Assembly: GCA_963741115.1 (NCBI GenBank)
Contig: CAVUGR010000008.1
Location: forward strand, 45,251-109,250
DNA from: an uncultured Alphaproteobacteria bacterium
Lineage (GTDB): Bacteria; Pseudomonadota; Alphaproteobacteria; Rhizobiales; Xanthobacteraceae
DNA: 64,000 bases
Direction of reading: 5' to 3'
The notes beneath the pieces are model-generated. The model was not told the DNA's origin. It saw nothing but the letters and a program-made list of their open reading frames with translations, and searched no databases. A program made the position numbers and the translations under genes. Position 1 is the stretch's first letter. Every line of letters begins with the position of its first letter. This document shows, piece by piece, positions 10,408 to 21,726 of this stretch.

Positions 10408-10887
10408 ATGAATTGGCTCGCAAGAAAATTGCAGTATTTGGCATTGGCGCTGTTCTGCGGCGGCATGCTGGCGGTTGGGCCGGTCAGCAATGTGTCCGGC
10501 GAAGACAGCTATGACCGCATTCAGGCCGGGCAGTGGGTTACCGCCTCGATGTACTGGGAAGACAAGCTGGTTTCGAGCGGCAAGAGCTTCAATCCGATCG
10601 GATGGCACGCCGCCCACAAGACACTACCGATCGGAACATTGATTCGCGTGTCAAATCCAAAGAACCACCGTTCGATCAATGTGACGATCAACGATCGCGG
10701 CCCGTTCGTGCCGGACCGCGAGCTGGATCTGAGCCTGGGCGCGGGCGCCTTGCTCGGGCTGCAAGGGCTCGGCACCGTTTACATGGAAGTGCTGTCGATT
10801 CCACCGGCCAAGAATATTCAAAGGCCGGTGGTGGAATCCTTGTTCGCCGTGAACGGGACCGCCTGCGTGGTGCAGCCGAATTGTTAG
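10408..10887 (+). CDS. RlpA-like double-psi beta-barrel (septal ring lytic transglycosylase RlpA family) secreted protein
   Basis: AAGGAAG Shine-Dalgarno before the ATG at 10408. N-terminal signal/TM segment. DPBB core (GKSFNPIGWHAAHKTLPIGTLIRVSNPKNHRSINVTINDRGPF). Preceded by about 500 bp of lower-GC DNA. Confidence 0.65.
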   Translation: MNWLARKLQYLALALFCGGMLAVGPVSNVSGEDSYDRIQAGQWVTASMYWEDKLVSSGKSFNPIGWHAAHKTLPIGTLIRVSNPKNHRSINVTINDRGPFVPDRELDLSLGAGALLGLQGLGTVYMEVLSIPPAKNIQRPVVESLFAVNGTACVVQPNC

Positions 10888-10903
10888 TTCGCTGTGCCCG
10901 CGC

Positions 10904-11923
10904 CTACGGCTGCGTTTCCAGTTTGGCGCCGGTTTCTTTCACCACCCGCTGCCATTTCGCCGAATCGACCGCGACATAGGTCTTGAAATCCTCCGGCGAT
11001 CGGCTGGTGTTCGGCAGCATCCCGCCCTGCAGCATGAGCTCCCGCACTTTCGAGTCGGCCATGGCCTGCACCAAAGCGGCATGCAGCTTGGCGACGATCG
11101 GCTTTGGCGTTCCGGCTACCGCGAACAATCCCTGCCATGATGAACTGACGCTTTCCGGATAACCGAGTTCCAGCACGGTCGGGACATCAGGCAGCAAAGC
11201 CACGCGCTCGCGCGTGCTTACGGCGTATGCCTTCAACGCGCCGCTCTTTACATGCGCGACCGCCGCGGAGACGGTCACGAACATCACGTCGACATGGCCG
11301 CCGATGAGATCGGCGATCGCCGGGCCGGCGCCGCCTTTGTAGGGGACCTGCGTCATCTCCAGACCGGCGGTGCGGCGAAACGATTCCATCTCCAGCGTAT
11401 TGAGCGTGCTGACACCCGAAGACGCGTAATTGACCTTGCCGGGCCGCGCCTTCACGTAGGCGATCATTTCCTTGAGCGAGTTGGGCGGAAAATTCTTGCT
11501 GGCGATCAAGATGCCGGGCGTTTCCGAGGCCAGCGACACCGGCTCGAAATCGCGTTCCGGCACCACCGTCAGTTCGGGAAAGAAGTGCGGGTTGATCGAG
11601 ACGGTGCCGACATTGCCGAAAAACAAAGTGTAGCCGTCGGGCGCCGCCCGCGCGGCCACTTCCATGCCGACATTGCCGGCGGCGCCCGGCCGATTGTCGA
11701 TCACGATCTGCTGACCGAGCGCTTGCGCGAAACCAGCCTGCAGCAGCCGGATTGCGAGGTCGGTCGCGCCGGCCGGCGCGAATGGCACGATGATGTGGAT
11801 AGGCCGCACCGGATAGTCGGCGACGTCGTCGGCGGCCACGGCTCTGCCGGCGCCGAGGTTCGCTACGAGGCAAAGCAGCGCGCCACATATGCGTGACAGC
11901 GTCATCGCTGCCCTCATCGTCAC
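10904..11923 (-). CDS. tripartite tricarboxylate transporter substrate-binding protein (TctC / Bug family)
   Basis: Signal peptide, then a Bug-family sequence throughout. GTG start at 11923. Confidence 0.85.
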   Translation of the reverse strand: MTMRAAMTLSRICGALLCLVANLGAGRAVAADDVADYPVRPIHIIVPFAPAGATDLAIRLLQAGFAQALGQQIVIDNRPGAAGNVGMEVAARAAPDGYTLFFGNVGTVSINPHFFPELTVVPERDFEPVSLASETPGILIASKNFPPNSLKEMIAYVKARPGKVNYASSGVSTLNTLEMESFRRTAGLEMTQVPYKGGAGPAIADLIGGHVDVMFVTVSAAVAHVKSGALKAYAVSTRERVALLPDVPTVLELGYPESVSSSWQGLFAVAGTPKPIVAKLHAALVQAMADSKVRELMLQGGMLPNTSRSPEDFKTYVAVDSAKWQRVVKETGAKLETQP

Positions 11924-11945
11924 CTCCGCTCCGACCAGCCGAGTC

Positions 11946-13062
11946 CTAGGCCGCCGCCATTACATCGGCGACATCGAGCGGCAGCTTCACCGGCGCCTTG
12001 CGCTTGGCCGACAAATCCAGCGCCTTGGTCAGCATCAGATTACGATGCGCTTCTTCAACCGTCGCCGCCGCCGTCGGCAGGCCCATGGCGACGCGGTTGA
12101 GCCAGCTATCGGTCTCCAGCGCCATCGGCCCGCGCAGTTCGCCGAGCGCCATGTCGCCGGGCGGATAGCTGCCCATGAAATCGACGAGCCGCGTGGCATC
12201 GGGGTTGTAGCCCTCGGACTGTGCCTTCGACACCGCCAGCACGATATCGCGGTGGGTGTCGTCGATGGTCAGCACGCCGGTGGTGCCGACGATGCCGACT
12301 TCGAGCGAGTACACCGCGCCCGGCCAGGTCACCGGCAGCGCCCAGGAAATGTTGAGGTGATAGACCGTGCCGTCGGAAAACATGATCATGCCGGCGGTGG
12401 CATCGATGCCCTGGTAGAGCGGGCCCAGCACCTTGTCGATCGAACGCGCGTAGACTTCGACCGGCGTCTTGCCCTCCAGGCACCACATGCAGATGTCGAG
12501 CGCATGCGTGCCGGAAATCACCATCGGCGAGATCGTCGCCGGATCGTTGGTGCGCTTGTAATTGTCGATCGCCACCAGCCGGTTCATGAACGCGCGCGAG
12601 GTGACCAAGCGTGACATCCCCGAGCGCGCCGGTGCGGCATTTCTCTTTGGCCGCCAGCCAGCGCCGGCGGAATCGTTGCGTATAGCCGACAACCGCGTCG
12701 AGCTTGGCGTCTTTGATCAGCTTCAGCACCTTGGCGGATTCGGCCAGATTGGTCGCGAGCGGCTTCTCGATCAGCATCGGAATGCCGCGCTCGATCGCCG
12801 CCATTATCGGATCGACATGCAAATGCTCGTCGGTCGCGATGATGCAGGCGGTCACTTCCGGGCGCTTGAGCAATTCGACGTGGCTTTGCGTGACGAAGTC
12901 GGCGCTTATTTTCGGGCCGACTTCGCCGGCGCGGTTCGGGTTCTTTTCGGCCAGCCCGATCCACTCCACCGACGGATGGCGCGCCGCCACTTCGCCGCGG
13001 AACAGCCCGACGCGTCCGCCGCCGATGATGGCGAGTCCGACGCCTTTGGCGGTGTTCTTCAT
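11946..13062 (-). pseudogene. Gfo/Idh/MocA family oxidoreductase, one frameshift
   Basis: N-terminus is in ORF 12106-13062 and C-terminus in ORF 11946-12692. The junction (GALGDVTL|VTSRAFMNRLV) is explained by a single inserted T near 12611. Confidence 0.75.
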
Positions 13063-14153
13063 CCTGGATTGGCTCCCGACCGGTTCTGTTCCTTGAATTC
13101 CGCGATGGCCGAAATCGTCTCGTTGCTCAGCGGCAGGTCGACCGGCTCGTTGCGGAACGCCGACAGATCGGCGGCGCTGTAGGTCTCCATCACCCGGCGC
13201 GCGCTTTCCGGCGTGACCATTACCGGCGTGTCGCGGATGCAGGCTTCCAGGAAGTGGATGGTCTCCGGTCCCATGCCGCCGGCGAACACTTCGCCGACCT
13301 GCTCGCCCGGCATGGTCGACATCGGAAACACCTGGCCGTTGCTGACGGTGTTGAGCCAGTTGTCGCGCTGGGTGTCGTCGAGCACCAGCGCGCCTTCGGT
13401 GCCGGTGATCTCGATCCAGGTCGAGCAGTAGTTCGGATAGCTCGGCGGGAAATTCCAGCCGCCGCCGATCATCACCACCACGCCATTGTCCATGGTGACG
13501 GTGGTGAACATCACGTCATGCGAGCCGTTGACCGGCTTCATGTAGCCGTAGGCACCCTGCGAATAGACGCGCACGGGCTTGGCCGGCTCCAGCAGCCAGA
13601 ACACGAAGTCGAGGTCGTGGGTGCTCTCCATCACCACCGGCGAGAGCCGCACGCGGCCGGCGATCTTCTTGCCGAGGCTGCGCGACAGATGGCGGCTGAC
13701 CAGCACCGAGACCATATTGCCGAGCGTGCCGTCGACGATCTTCTTCTTGGCGTAGGCGATCTTGGTGTTGAAGCGCTGCGAATAGCCGATGGTGAATTTG
13801 AGATTGTTCTGTTTGGCGATATGGATCAGCTCGTCGGCTTCCCACAGTTCGAGCGCGATCGGCTTTTCCAGCATCACGTTCTTGCCGGACTTCAGACAGT
13901 CCTTGGCGATCGGATAATGGTTGGTCTCCGGCGTGGTCGAAATGTAGACCACCGAGATATTCGGATTGTCGATGATGTCCTGGTATTTCAGCGTCGCGGT
14001 GGCCGGCTTGTAGAGGGCCTTCACCTCGGCCAGCCGGTCGGGCTTGATTTCGCACAGGTGCAGCTTGTCGACCAGCGCCGTGCGCGCCAACGTTTCCGCG
14101 CGCGTGCCGCCAACCCACCCGACCCCGATCACCGCCGCTTCAACTGTCTGCAC
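13059..14153 (-). CDS. Gfo/Idh/MocA family oxidoreductase
   Basis: 364-aa intact ORF. N-terminal Rossmann fold (IGVGWVG). 4-nt overlap with the downstream paralog. Confidence 0.8.
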   Translation of the reverse strand: MQTVEAAVIGVGWVGGTRAETLARTALVDKLHLCEIKPDRLAEVKALYKPATATLKYQDIIDNPNISVVYISTTPETNHYPIAKDCLKSGKNVMLEKPIALELWEADELIHIAKQNNLKFTIGYSQRFNTKIAYAKKKIVDGTLGNMVSVLVSRHLSRSLGKKIAGRVRLSPVVMESTHDLDFVFWLLEPAKPVRVYSQGAYGYMKPVNGSHDVMFTTVTMDNGVVVMIGGGWNFPPSYPNYCSTWIEITGTEGALVLDDTQRDNWLNTVSNGQVFPMSTMPGEQVGEVFAGGMGPETIHFLEACIRDTPVMVTPESARRVMETYSAADLSAFRNEPVDLPLSNETISAIAEFKEQNRSGANPG

Positions 14154-14252
14154 TCTGCGTTTCCTTCAGCTTCTATTGTTGATTTTCCGCCGCCGGCCGG
14201 CCGCGCGGCGGCACACTAGCCCACGGGTGAATTGACTGGAAGGGGATGAACT

Positions 14253-15011
14253 TCAGCTTGCGGCGGCGGCGGCTTGGCCTATCCCGAACACCTGCGCCGC
14301 GAATTGCGGATAGACCTCGGCGAGCTGCGGCGCCACCGTCTCGCGCAGGAGCTTGAGCGTGGCGGGTGAGGGCGCCGGCGTTTCCGGCACGCTGGCCGGG
14401 AGCTCGAATTCGAAACCGGTGTTCTCGATCACTTCTGCGACCGTGTGGCCGGGATGCACGCTGGCGAGCGTGAAGCGCCCGTTGGCGAAGGAGAACAGGC
14501 AGCGGTTGGTCACCAGCGCGATCGGGCCACCCGGGCGATAGACGTTTTGTTCGCTGGCGCCCGGCGCGCTGATGAAATCGACGCGCGGCACCAGCGTGCG
14601 GCGCGAATGCTCGACCCGGAACAAGATCACCTTCGGCACCACGTAATAGAGATAGGTTGAGCCGAAGGAGCCGGGGAAGCGCACCTTCGGATGCCCGTGC
14701 TCGCCGATCTCCACCAGGTTGACGTTGCCCTGGCCGTCGATCTGCCCGCCCGAGAGGAAGAACACGTCGATGCGGCCTTGCCCGGCGCAATCGAACAATT
14801 CGCGCGCGCCGTCGGTGAAGAAATTGTGTTTGCGGCTTTGCAGCAGCGACACATAGGGGCGGCCGCCTCCGCGCTCGCGCGCCAGCAGCGCGGCGGTCGC
14901 CGGAATCGGCGAGGCATTGCCGACCGCGACGTGGCGCACCTCGCCGATCAGCCGCGCGATCACGTCGGCGAGCAGCTCCTCGTCGCGGAAATTACGCGGC
15001 GCGCCGTTCAT
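14253..15011 (-). CDS. CoA-transferase subunit B (glutaconate CoA-transferase GctB-like)
   Basis: Start ATG at 15011 (MNGAPRNF...) overlaps the subunit A stop by 20 nt. The ORF extends to 15098 only as an upstream non-coding frame. Confidence 0.75.
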   Translation of the reverse strand: MNGAPRNFRDEELLADVIARLIGEVRHVAVGNASPIPATAALLARERGGGRPYVSLLQSRKHNFFTDGARELFDCAGQGRIDVFFLSGGQIDGQGNVNLVEIGEHGHPKVRFPGSFGSTYLYYVVPKVILFRVEHSRRTLVPRVDFISAPGASEQNVYRPGGPIALVTNRCLFSFANGRFTLASVHPGHTVAEVIENTGFEFELPASVPETPAPSPATLKLLRETVAPQLAEVYPQFAAQVFGIGQAAAAAS

Positions 15012-15822
15012 ACACATACCGCTCGAGATATTCTGCAAAACCCTCCGCCGTCGCCGCCATGCGCGCATAGAGCGCGAGATGCTCGGCGTCGGCGGCATAG
15101 TGATCCGGCAAGCCCAGCGGCCAGGCGCCGCGCTCAGTCACCGCGATGCTGTCGACATAGAAGCCGGGCAGCGTGCCGGCCGCCATCACCGGATCGTCGA
15201 GCAGATTGCCGTCGTAAATCTTTTCCACGGTCGCGATGGTTTTCTCCGCCGCATGCGCCATGGTCGCCAATTCTCGCTGCCGGCCGATCCAGACATTGCC
15301 GAAGCGATCGGCCATGGCTGCATGGATCAGCGCTACGTCCGGCTTGATCGCGGGCAGCAGCACGATCGGATCGTCATTGCCGAACGGTGAGTCGACCACC
15401 TTCCAATCGTCGCGATATTTCAAGATGTCCGACCCGATCAGCCCGCGCAGCGGCATGAACGGCACGCCTTTTTCTGCCGCCTGTAGTGCAGCATGCAGCG
15501 CCGGGCAGGTCGCGTCCTTCATGGTAATCGCGCCGGCGAGAATGGCGGCGGTGAAACGCGGCGCCGGGCCGAATTCGCCGAGGCTCACGGCCGACGTTTC
15601 CAGCGTTTCGACGCAACCGGCGCCGATCAGCAGGTCCGCCTGCAGACTGGAGGTCGGCAGCGCCACCAGATGCAGCCGCTTGACGGAGCGCCGGATCAGC
15701 GCGCGCGTGGCCGCCATCGGCACGCCCGAAACCTCGCGCGGAACGACCAGCAGGCAGCCGTCGGCAACGGGCGCGAGCGCATCGTCGATGGATTTCGCCA
15801 GTTGAAACATGCCTGCCCGCAT
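14992..15822 (-). CDS. CoA-transferase subunit A (GctA-like)
   Basis: 276-aa intact ORF. First gene of the minus-strand operon A-B-oxidoreductase-oxidoreductase-TctC. Confidence 0.75.
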   Translation of the reverse strand: MRAGMFQLAKSIDDALAPVADGCLLVVPREVSGVPMAATRALIRRSVKRLHLVALPTSSLQADLLIGAGCVETLETSAVSLGEFGPAPRFTAAILAGAITMKDATCPALHAALQAAEKGVPFMPLRGLIGSDILKYRDDWKVVDSPFGNDDPIVLLPAIKPDVALIHAAMADRFGNVWIGRQRELATMAHAAEKTIATVEKIYDGNLLDDPVMAAGTLPGFYVDSIAVTERGAWPLGLPDHYAADAEHLALYARMAATAEGFAEYLERYVYERRAA

Positions 15823-15905
15823 GGCTGCGCGTCTTTCGCGTCTTGGAGCGTCTTTTTCCCATTCTTATGCTTGCAAGGTCCACTCAATTTTGCGACTTGG
15901 TCGCG

Positions 15906-16823
15906 ATGGGAACCACGCTTCAAGACAAGCTGAAGGCCGGGCGCTTCGTCATCACCGCGGAGGTAACGCCGCCGGTGTCGGCCGACCGCGGCGAATTGCT
16001 CGCCAAGGCGCTGCCGCTCAAGGGCCTCGCCGACGCCGTCAACATCACGGATGGCGCCGGCGCGCGTCCGCATCTCGGCGCGGTGACCGCGGCGGCGCTG
16101 CTGGTCGATTCCGGCATCGAGCCGGTACTTCAGCTCACCTGCCGCGACCGCAACCGCATCGCCCTGCAGAGCGACCTGCTCAGCGCCGCGGCCTCGGGCA
16201 TCCGCAATTTGCTGGTGTTGCGCGGCGACGACCCGAGCGCGGGCGACCAGCCCGACGCCAAGGCGGTGTTCGATCTCGATCCGCGCCAGCTTCTGGAAAC
16301 CGCGCGCCGGCTGCGCGATACCGGCGAACTTCCGTCCGGCCGCAAGGTCAGCGGCCGAACCGATTTCTTCCTGGGCAGCGCCGACAACCCGCTCGATCCG
16401 CAGCCCGGCTGGGAGCCGAAGGCGCTCGCCGCCAAGGTCGCGGCCGGCGCGCAATTCGTGCAGACCCAGTTCTGCATGGATGCCGGCGTCGTGCGCCGCT
16501 ATCTGGCGCGGCTCGAGGAGGCGGGGTTAGCCGGCAAGCTCAAGTTCCTGATCGGCATCGTGCCGCTGCGCTCGGCCAAGTCGGCGCGCTGGATCAAGGA
16601 GAAGCTGTTCGGCGCCATTATTCCCGACGCGATTATCGAGCGCATGGAGTGCAGCCCCGATCCGGCGGCCGAGGGCCGCCGCATCTGCATCGACATCGTG
16701 CGCGAACTTTCCGACGTTCCGAATGTCGCCGGCGTCCACATCATGGCGCCGGGCAACGACGCCGCGGTGCCCGACATCATCGTCGCGGCGCGCGATAGCG
16801 TCGCAAGGCCGGCGGCGGTTTAA
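15906..16823 (+). CDS. methylenetetrahydrofolate reductase (MetF/MTHFR)-like protein
   Basis: RFVITAEVTPP, QLTCRDRNR and QFVQTQFCMD motifs. ATG at 15906; the alternative upstream start at 15843 adds 21 aa. Divergent from the CoA-transferase operon. Confidence 0.7.
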   Translation: MGTTLQDKLKAGRFVITAEVTPPVSADRGELLAKALPLKGLADAVNITDGAGARPHLGAVTAAALLVDSGIEPVLQLTCRDRNRIALQSDLLSAAASGIRNLLVLRGDDPSAGDQPDAKAVFDLDPRQLLETARRLRDTGELPSGRKVSGRTDFFLGSADNPLDPQPGWEPKALAAKVAAGAQFVQTQFCMDAGVVRRYLARLEEAGLAGKLKFLIGIVPLRSAKSARWIKEKLFGAIIPDAIIERMECSPDPAAEGRRICIDIVRELSDVPNVAGVHIMAPGNDAAVPDIIVAARDSVARPAAV

Positions 16824-16862
16824 ATTTCCGCTGTCGTTCGCCCGGGACGACAGCAAAGTGCG

Positions 16863-19153
16863 TCAGCTCAGCGCCGCCTTCACCCGGTCGGGCGAGAACG
16901 GCACCCGGCGGATGCGCACGCCGGTGGCATCGAAGATGGCGTTGGCGATCGCCGCCGCCACCGGGCGGATCGACGGTTCGCCGGCGCCGGAGGGCGCGAT
17001 CTCCGGATGGTTGATCAGCACCACGTTGACCTCGCCCGGCGTTTCGGTGATGTCGAGGATCGGATAGGAAATCCAGTCCACGCTGGTCACCGCCTTGCTG
17101 TCGAAGGTGACCTCCTCCCACAGCGTGCGGCTGACGCCCTGCACGATGTTGCCTTCGATGCATTTCACCAGCCCGTCCGGATTGATGATCTGCCCGCAAT
17201 CATGCGCGACCGTGAACTTGCGCGCCCAGATCTTGCCGGTCGCGCGGTCGATATCGACCTCGGCCACGATGGCGACGCGCGTGCCGTTGCGCTGCGAGTA
17301 GGCGATGCCGCGGCCGGACACCTTGGCTCCGGTCTGGTCGCGGCGCGGCGAGGGCCGCGTTTCCCAATTGGCCTTCGCCGCCGCCGCCTTGATGACGGCG
17401 ACGTCGCGCGCCTCGGTGATGTAGCGCAGGCGGAACTCGATCGGATCGGCGTTCACCGCCGCCGCCACTTCGTCGATGAAGGATTCGCTGGCGAAGTGGA
17501 TCTGCGGCCCGACCGGATCGCGCAAATGCGCGCTGCGCAACGGCGACGCACGGTCGAGCAGCGGCGGGATGGTCTCCCACGCCATGCGCTTGTTGTCGAA
17601 GGCATAGGATTCCGCCGGCACGCCGAAGCCGTCGCCGGATTTCAGCGCCACGCCGCGCAGTCTGCCCGCCAGCGTGTCGTGCGGCTTGCTGCCATTGGTG
17701 TTCACGTCCACCCGCGAGAAGCCCTTGCTGGTGAACTCGTAGGCGATGACCTTGCCGGAGGCGTCGAGCGCGGCGCGCGCCTTGTGGATCGAGGCGGGGC
17801 CCTTCGGGTCCCAGCCGGTGCCCTGGTCGCGCATGTATTGCAGCCGCACCGGCTTGCCGACCGCTTTCGCCAGGACGGCGGCATCCATGGCGCGCAGTCG
17901 TCGGCGTCGTTGCGGCCATACGAGCCCGGGCCGGTCGCCCAGATGACTCTGCACTTTGTCGACCGGAATGCCGAGCGTGCCAGCGATGCCCTTGCTGCAC
18001 GAAATGCGACTTCTGCGTGCCGCTCCAGCAGGTCACCTCGCCGTCCTTGATCTCGACCAGTGGCGCAGGCCGGACCCATGCTGGCATGCGACTGGAACGG
18101 CCATTCGTATTCGGCCTCGATCACTTTGGCGGCGGTCTTGAAGGCCTCGTCGACGTTGCCGTTTTCCTTTTCGACCTCGCGCTTGCGCACGGGCGCCTTG
18201 CGGATGTGATCGTAGAGCGAAGCCTGTTCCGGGAACGGTGGCGTTACCGTCGACCATTCCACTTTCAGCTTTTCCGCCGCCTTGATGGCGTCCCATTCCC
18301 TGTCGGCGACGACGCCGAGGAAGCCCTTGTCCCAGACCACCTTGGCGCCGGGGATATCCTTGATCGAGGCTTCATCCACCTTCACCGGCACGCTGCCGGC
18401 AACGGCCGGCCGGATCATGCGGCCATGCACCATGCCGGGCACCTTCACGTCGGTGAGAAGTCTTCCTTGGCGAACACCTTGGGCGCGACGTCTTCGCGCT
18501 TGATCGGCTGGCCGACGATCTTGTGCTCGCTCGGCTTCTTCGGCTGCGCCTTGCCGGGCGCGTAGAGCGTGTTGCCGTATTGCTTGTTCCAGTCGAGCTG
18601 GACGTTGAAATATCTTGCCGCCGATCATCTGCGCATAGGAGATGCGCTTGGACTTGTCGTCGGCGGCACTGACGACGCCGTCGTTGACGGTGAGTTTTTC
18701 GGCCGGCACCGACAGCAGCCCGGCCGCCATCTCGACCAGCACGCGGCGCGCTTCCGCCGCCGCCATGCGCATCTGCTTGCCGCCGAGCTGGATGCCGGTG
18801 GAGCCGGAGGCGCCGCCCTGGTTCACCGACGTGCCGGTGTCGCCCATGATGACCTTGACGCTCTTGAACGGAACGTCGAGCTCTTCGGCGACGATCTGGC
18901 CGATGGCGACGAACAGCCCGTGGCCCATGTCCATCTTGCCGAAATAGGCGGCAACGCTGCCGTCGGCATTGACCGCGATGTAGGAGGACAGCTGGTCGGG
19001 CGTGAGCGGCGGCTTGGCGCCTTGCGCATAGGCCTGCTGGATCGAGAACAAGGTGTCGATCGAGACCGCGGCGCCGACTGAAATCACCAGCGCGCCACCG
19101 CCGAGCAGGACCGAGCGGCGGGAGAAGGATGAGGTCTTTTCAAATTTTGTCAT
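16863..19153 (-). pseudogene. aldehyde oxidoreductase / isoquinoline 1-oxidoreductase beta (IorB-like) molybdopterin subunit, at least 5 frameshifts
   Basis: Twin-arginine signal (SRRSVLLGG) at the ATG at 19153. The protein is readable end to end only by changing frame near 18617, 18460, 18035, 17975 and 17900. Between shifts the sequence is typical IorB (e.g. VDKVQVIWATGPGSYGRND). Confidence 0.8.
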
Positions 19154-19164
19154 GGTGCTCTCCT

Positions 19165-19632
19165 TCAACCCATCATCGTGGCGGCGCGCTTGACCGCCTT
19201 GAGAATGCTGATGTGCGTGCCGCAACGGCACTTCAGTCCGGAGAGCGCGTCCTTGATCTCGGCTTCGCTCGGGTTCTTCTTGTCGCGCAGGAAGGCGGCG
19301 GCGGTCATCAGCCAGCCATTGATGCAGTAGCCGCATTGCGGCACCTGCTCCTCGACGTAGGCGGTCTGGATCGGGTGCGGCTTTTCCGGCGTGCCGAGAC
19401 CGGCCAACGTCACCACCTTGGCATTGCCGACCATGGAGAGCGGCGTGATGCAGGAGCGGGCGGGCTGGCCGTCGATATGCACGGTGCAGGCGCCGCATTG
19501 CGCGAGCCCGCAGCCGAAGTGCGGATTGTTGAGGCCGATATCGTTGCGCAAGGCATAGAGCAACGGCATGTCCGGGTCGGCATCGACGGTATGGGTTTTG
19601 CCGTTGACGTTGAGCGTGAAGCGTTGGGTCAT
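19165..19632 (-). CDS. (2Fe-2S)-binding small subunit (IorA-like)
   Basis: Both 2Fe-2S motifs (CGLAQCGACTV ... CGYCINGW ... CRCGTH). Intact 155-aa ORF. Confidence 0.85.
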   Translation of the reverse strand: MTQRFTLNVNGKTHTVDADPDMPLLYALRNDIGLNNPHFGCGLAQCGACTVHIDGQPARSCITPLSMVGNAKVVTLAGLGTPEKPHPIQTAYVEEQVPQCGYCINGWLMTAAAFLRDKKNPSEAEIKDALSGLKCRCGTHISILKAVKRAATMMG

Positions 19633-19836
19633 GGCGAGCAGCCTCCCTGAAATTCGGACCGCGGCTTACGGCCTGCGTCCCGTCGCGGACTTCCGCGAGC
19701 GCGTCGTTGACCGACGCTTGCAGACCAAAGGCTAGTCCTCGCCGCTGGCCAGGGGAACGCCTTTTGGGATAAAAATGGTGTTACCATGCAGGGAATAGAC
19801 GCCTTAAGGCGCGGCACTCGGAGGAGGAACAAAATT

Positions 19837-20954
19837 ATGCGCACTGCACCAATCATCGGGATGACGCTCGCGGCGATCATTGTGGCCGCAACCGCTATCG
19901 CTGTGGCGGTTCCCGCCGCCGGGCAGGAAAAGGTTTGGAAGCACGGCCTGATCAACGCCAAGGCCGATGCCGGCATCTTCATGATGGTGGGCAGACGCGA
20001 CTTCGCCGCCAAGCAGGGCCTCAAGCTCGAACTGCTGGAGTTCAAGGACGACCAGCTCGGCCTCAAGGCGCTGATCGCCGGCGAACTGGACAGCTTCGAA
20101 GGCGGCCCGCAGGGCGTATTCGCCGCCGATGCCAAAGGCGGCGACGCGAAAATCCTCGGCTGCCACTGGATCGTGGTGCCGCACGGCATCTACGCCAAGG
20201 ACAACATCACCAGTGTCGAGCAGCTCAAGGGCAAGTCGATCGCGGTGTCGGCGCCGAACTCGATGCCCAATATGTTGGCAATCGAGGCACTGGCGAAATA
20301 CGGAATTTCCGACAAGGACGTCAGCCTAGCGGCGGTTGGCGGCGACCGCGAGCGCTACCAGGCGCTGGTCGGCGGCGTGGTCGAAGCCGCGGTGGTGTCG
20401 AACGAATATGAACCGATCTCGCCGAAGAATATCCATCTGCTGGTCGCCGGCCGCGACGCGGTGCCGAATTTCCTGCGCGTCTGCATCGTCTCCAGCGCCA
20501 AGAAACTGGCCGAGCGCGGCGATGACGCGGTGAAGGTTTCTTGCCGCCGAAATGAACGCGCTGCGTTTCGCGCTCGCCAACAAGGACGCCACCGTCGCGC
20601 TGACGCGCGAGATCAGCCAGGCCAAGCCGGACGATCCGCGCCCCGGCTTCGTGTTCGACGACGCGGTGGCGCACAAGGCGGTCGATCCGGACGCTGCCGA
20701 TCCCGGCCGCGAAGATCATGTGGATCCAGGAGCAGATGGTGAAGTCCGGCAAGCTCGACAAGCCGCTCGACCTCAAGGTCGTCACCGCGCCGGAATATCG
20801 CGAACGGGCGTTCAAGAAAGTCGGCATTGATACCATTTGTCATTCCGGGACGGTCCGAAGGGCGGACGCGAATCCAGATCATGACGCCGGCCTGGATTCG
20901 GGTTCCGGGCCTCGCTCGCGTCCTGGAATGACGATGGAGATTTTGAATGGGTGA
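19837..20954 (+). pseudogene. ABC transporter substrate-binding protein, NMT1/THI5-like (NitT/TauT family), at least 2 frameshifts; 3' end uncertain (20830-20954)
   Basis: GGAGGAGG Shine-Dalgarno before the ATG at 19837, then a signal peptide. The frame breaks near 20540 and 20715. Confidence 0.65.
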
Positions 20955-21726
20955 AGTAACTTTCCTCGACGTCTCCAAGCGCTTCTCGTTGCGCGTGGAC
21001 GGCGAGCTGCATCACGTGCAGGCGCTCGACCGCGTCAGCTTCACGGTGCACGATGGCGAGATCGTCGCGCTGATCGGCCCGTCCGGCTGCGGCAAGACCA
21101 CGGCGTTGCGCGTGGCCATGGGGCTGGACCCTCGACCAGCACCGGCCGCGTCACCGTCGACGGCCGCGAGGTGCACGGCTGCGGCCACGACCGCGGCATG
21201 GTGTTCCAGCACGCCGAACTGCTGCCCTGGCTCTCCGCCTTGCAGCAATGTGATGTTCGGCCTCGAGATGAAAGGCATGCGCGGCGCCGAGCTGCACGAC
21301 ACGGCGGAGAAATATCTCGAACTGGTCGGTCTGACCGATTCGCAGAACCGGCGCCCGCATCAGCTCTCCGGCGGCATGAAGCCAGCGCGTCGGCATTGCC
21401 CGTGCGCTCGCCATCGATCCGTCCGTGCTGCTGATGGACGAGCCGTTCGGCGCGCTCGACGCGCAGACGCGCGAGTCGATGCAGGCCGAGTTGCTCGACA
21501 TCCACGCCCGCACCGGAAGACCATTTTGTTCGTCACCCACGACCTCGACGAGGCGGTGCTGATTGCCGACCGCATCGTGATCATGCGGGAGGGCCGCGTC
21601 GCCGACATCATGACGGTGCCGGCCAAGCGGCCGCGCGATCTCGCGCGGTGCGCGGCACGCCGGAATTCGCCGAGACCCGCTACAAGGTCTGGCGCGCGCT
21701 GCACGACGAGCAGACGGTTCACTAAT
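20947..21726 (+). pseudogene. ABC transporter ATP-binding protein (NitT/TauT family), at least 5 frameshifts
   Basis: Walker A (GPSGCGKTT), LSGGM signature, Walker B (LLMDEPF) and H-loop are recovered only by switching frame near 21125, 21250, 21385, 21515 and 21655. Confidence 0.75.

Noticed and set aside
15843-15905. Upstream alternative start (MERLFPILMLARSTQFCDLVA) for the MTHFR-like gene
   Set aside because: The ATG at 15906 gives a typical MetF length and N-terminus. The upstream extension is not excluded, but it adds an atypical 21-aa leader.
19786-19836. ORF-track start at 19786 for the substrate-binding protein
   Set aside because: A strong GGAGGAGG Shine-Dalgarno sits directly before the ATG at 19837, and the signal peptide begins there. 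The upstream residues (MQGIDALRRGTRRRNKI) look non-coding.
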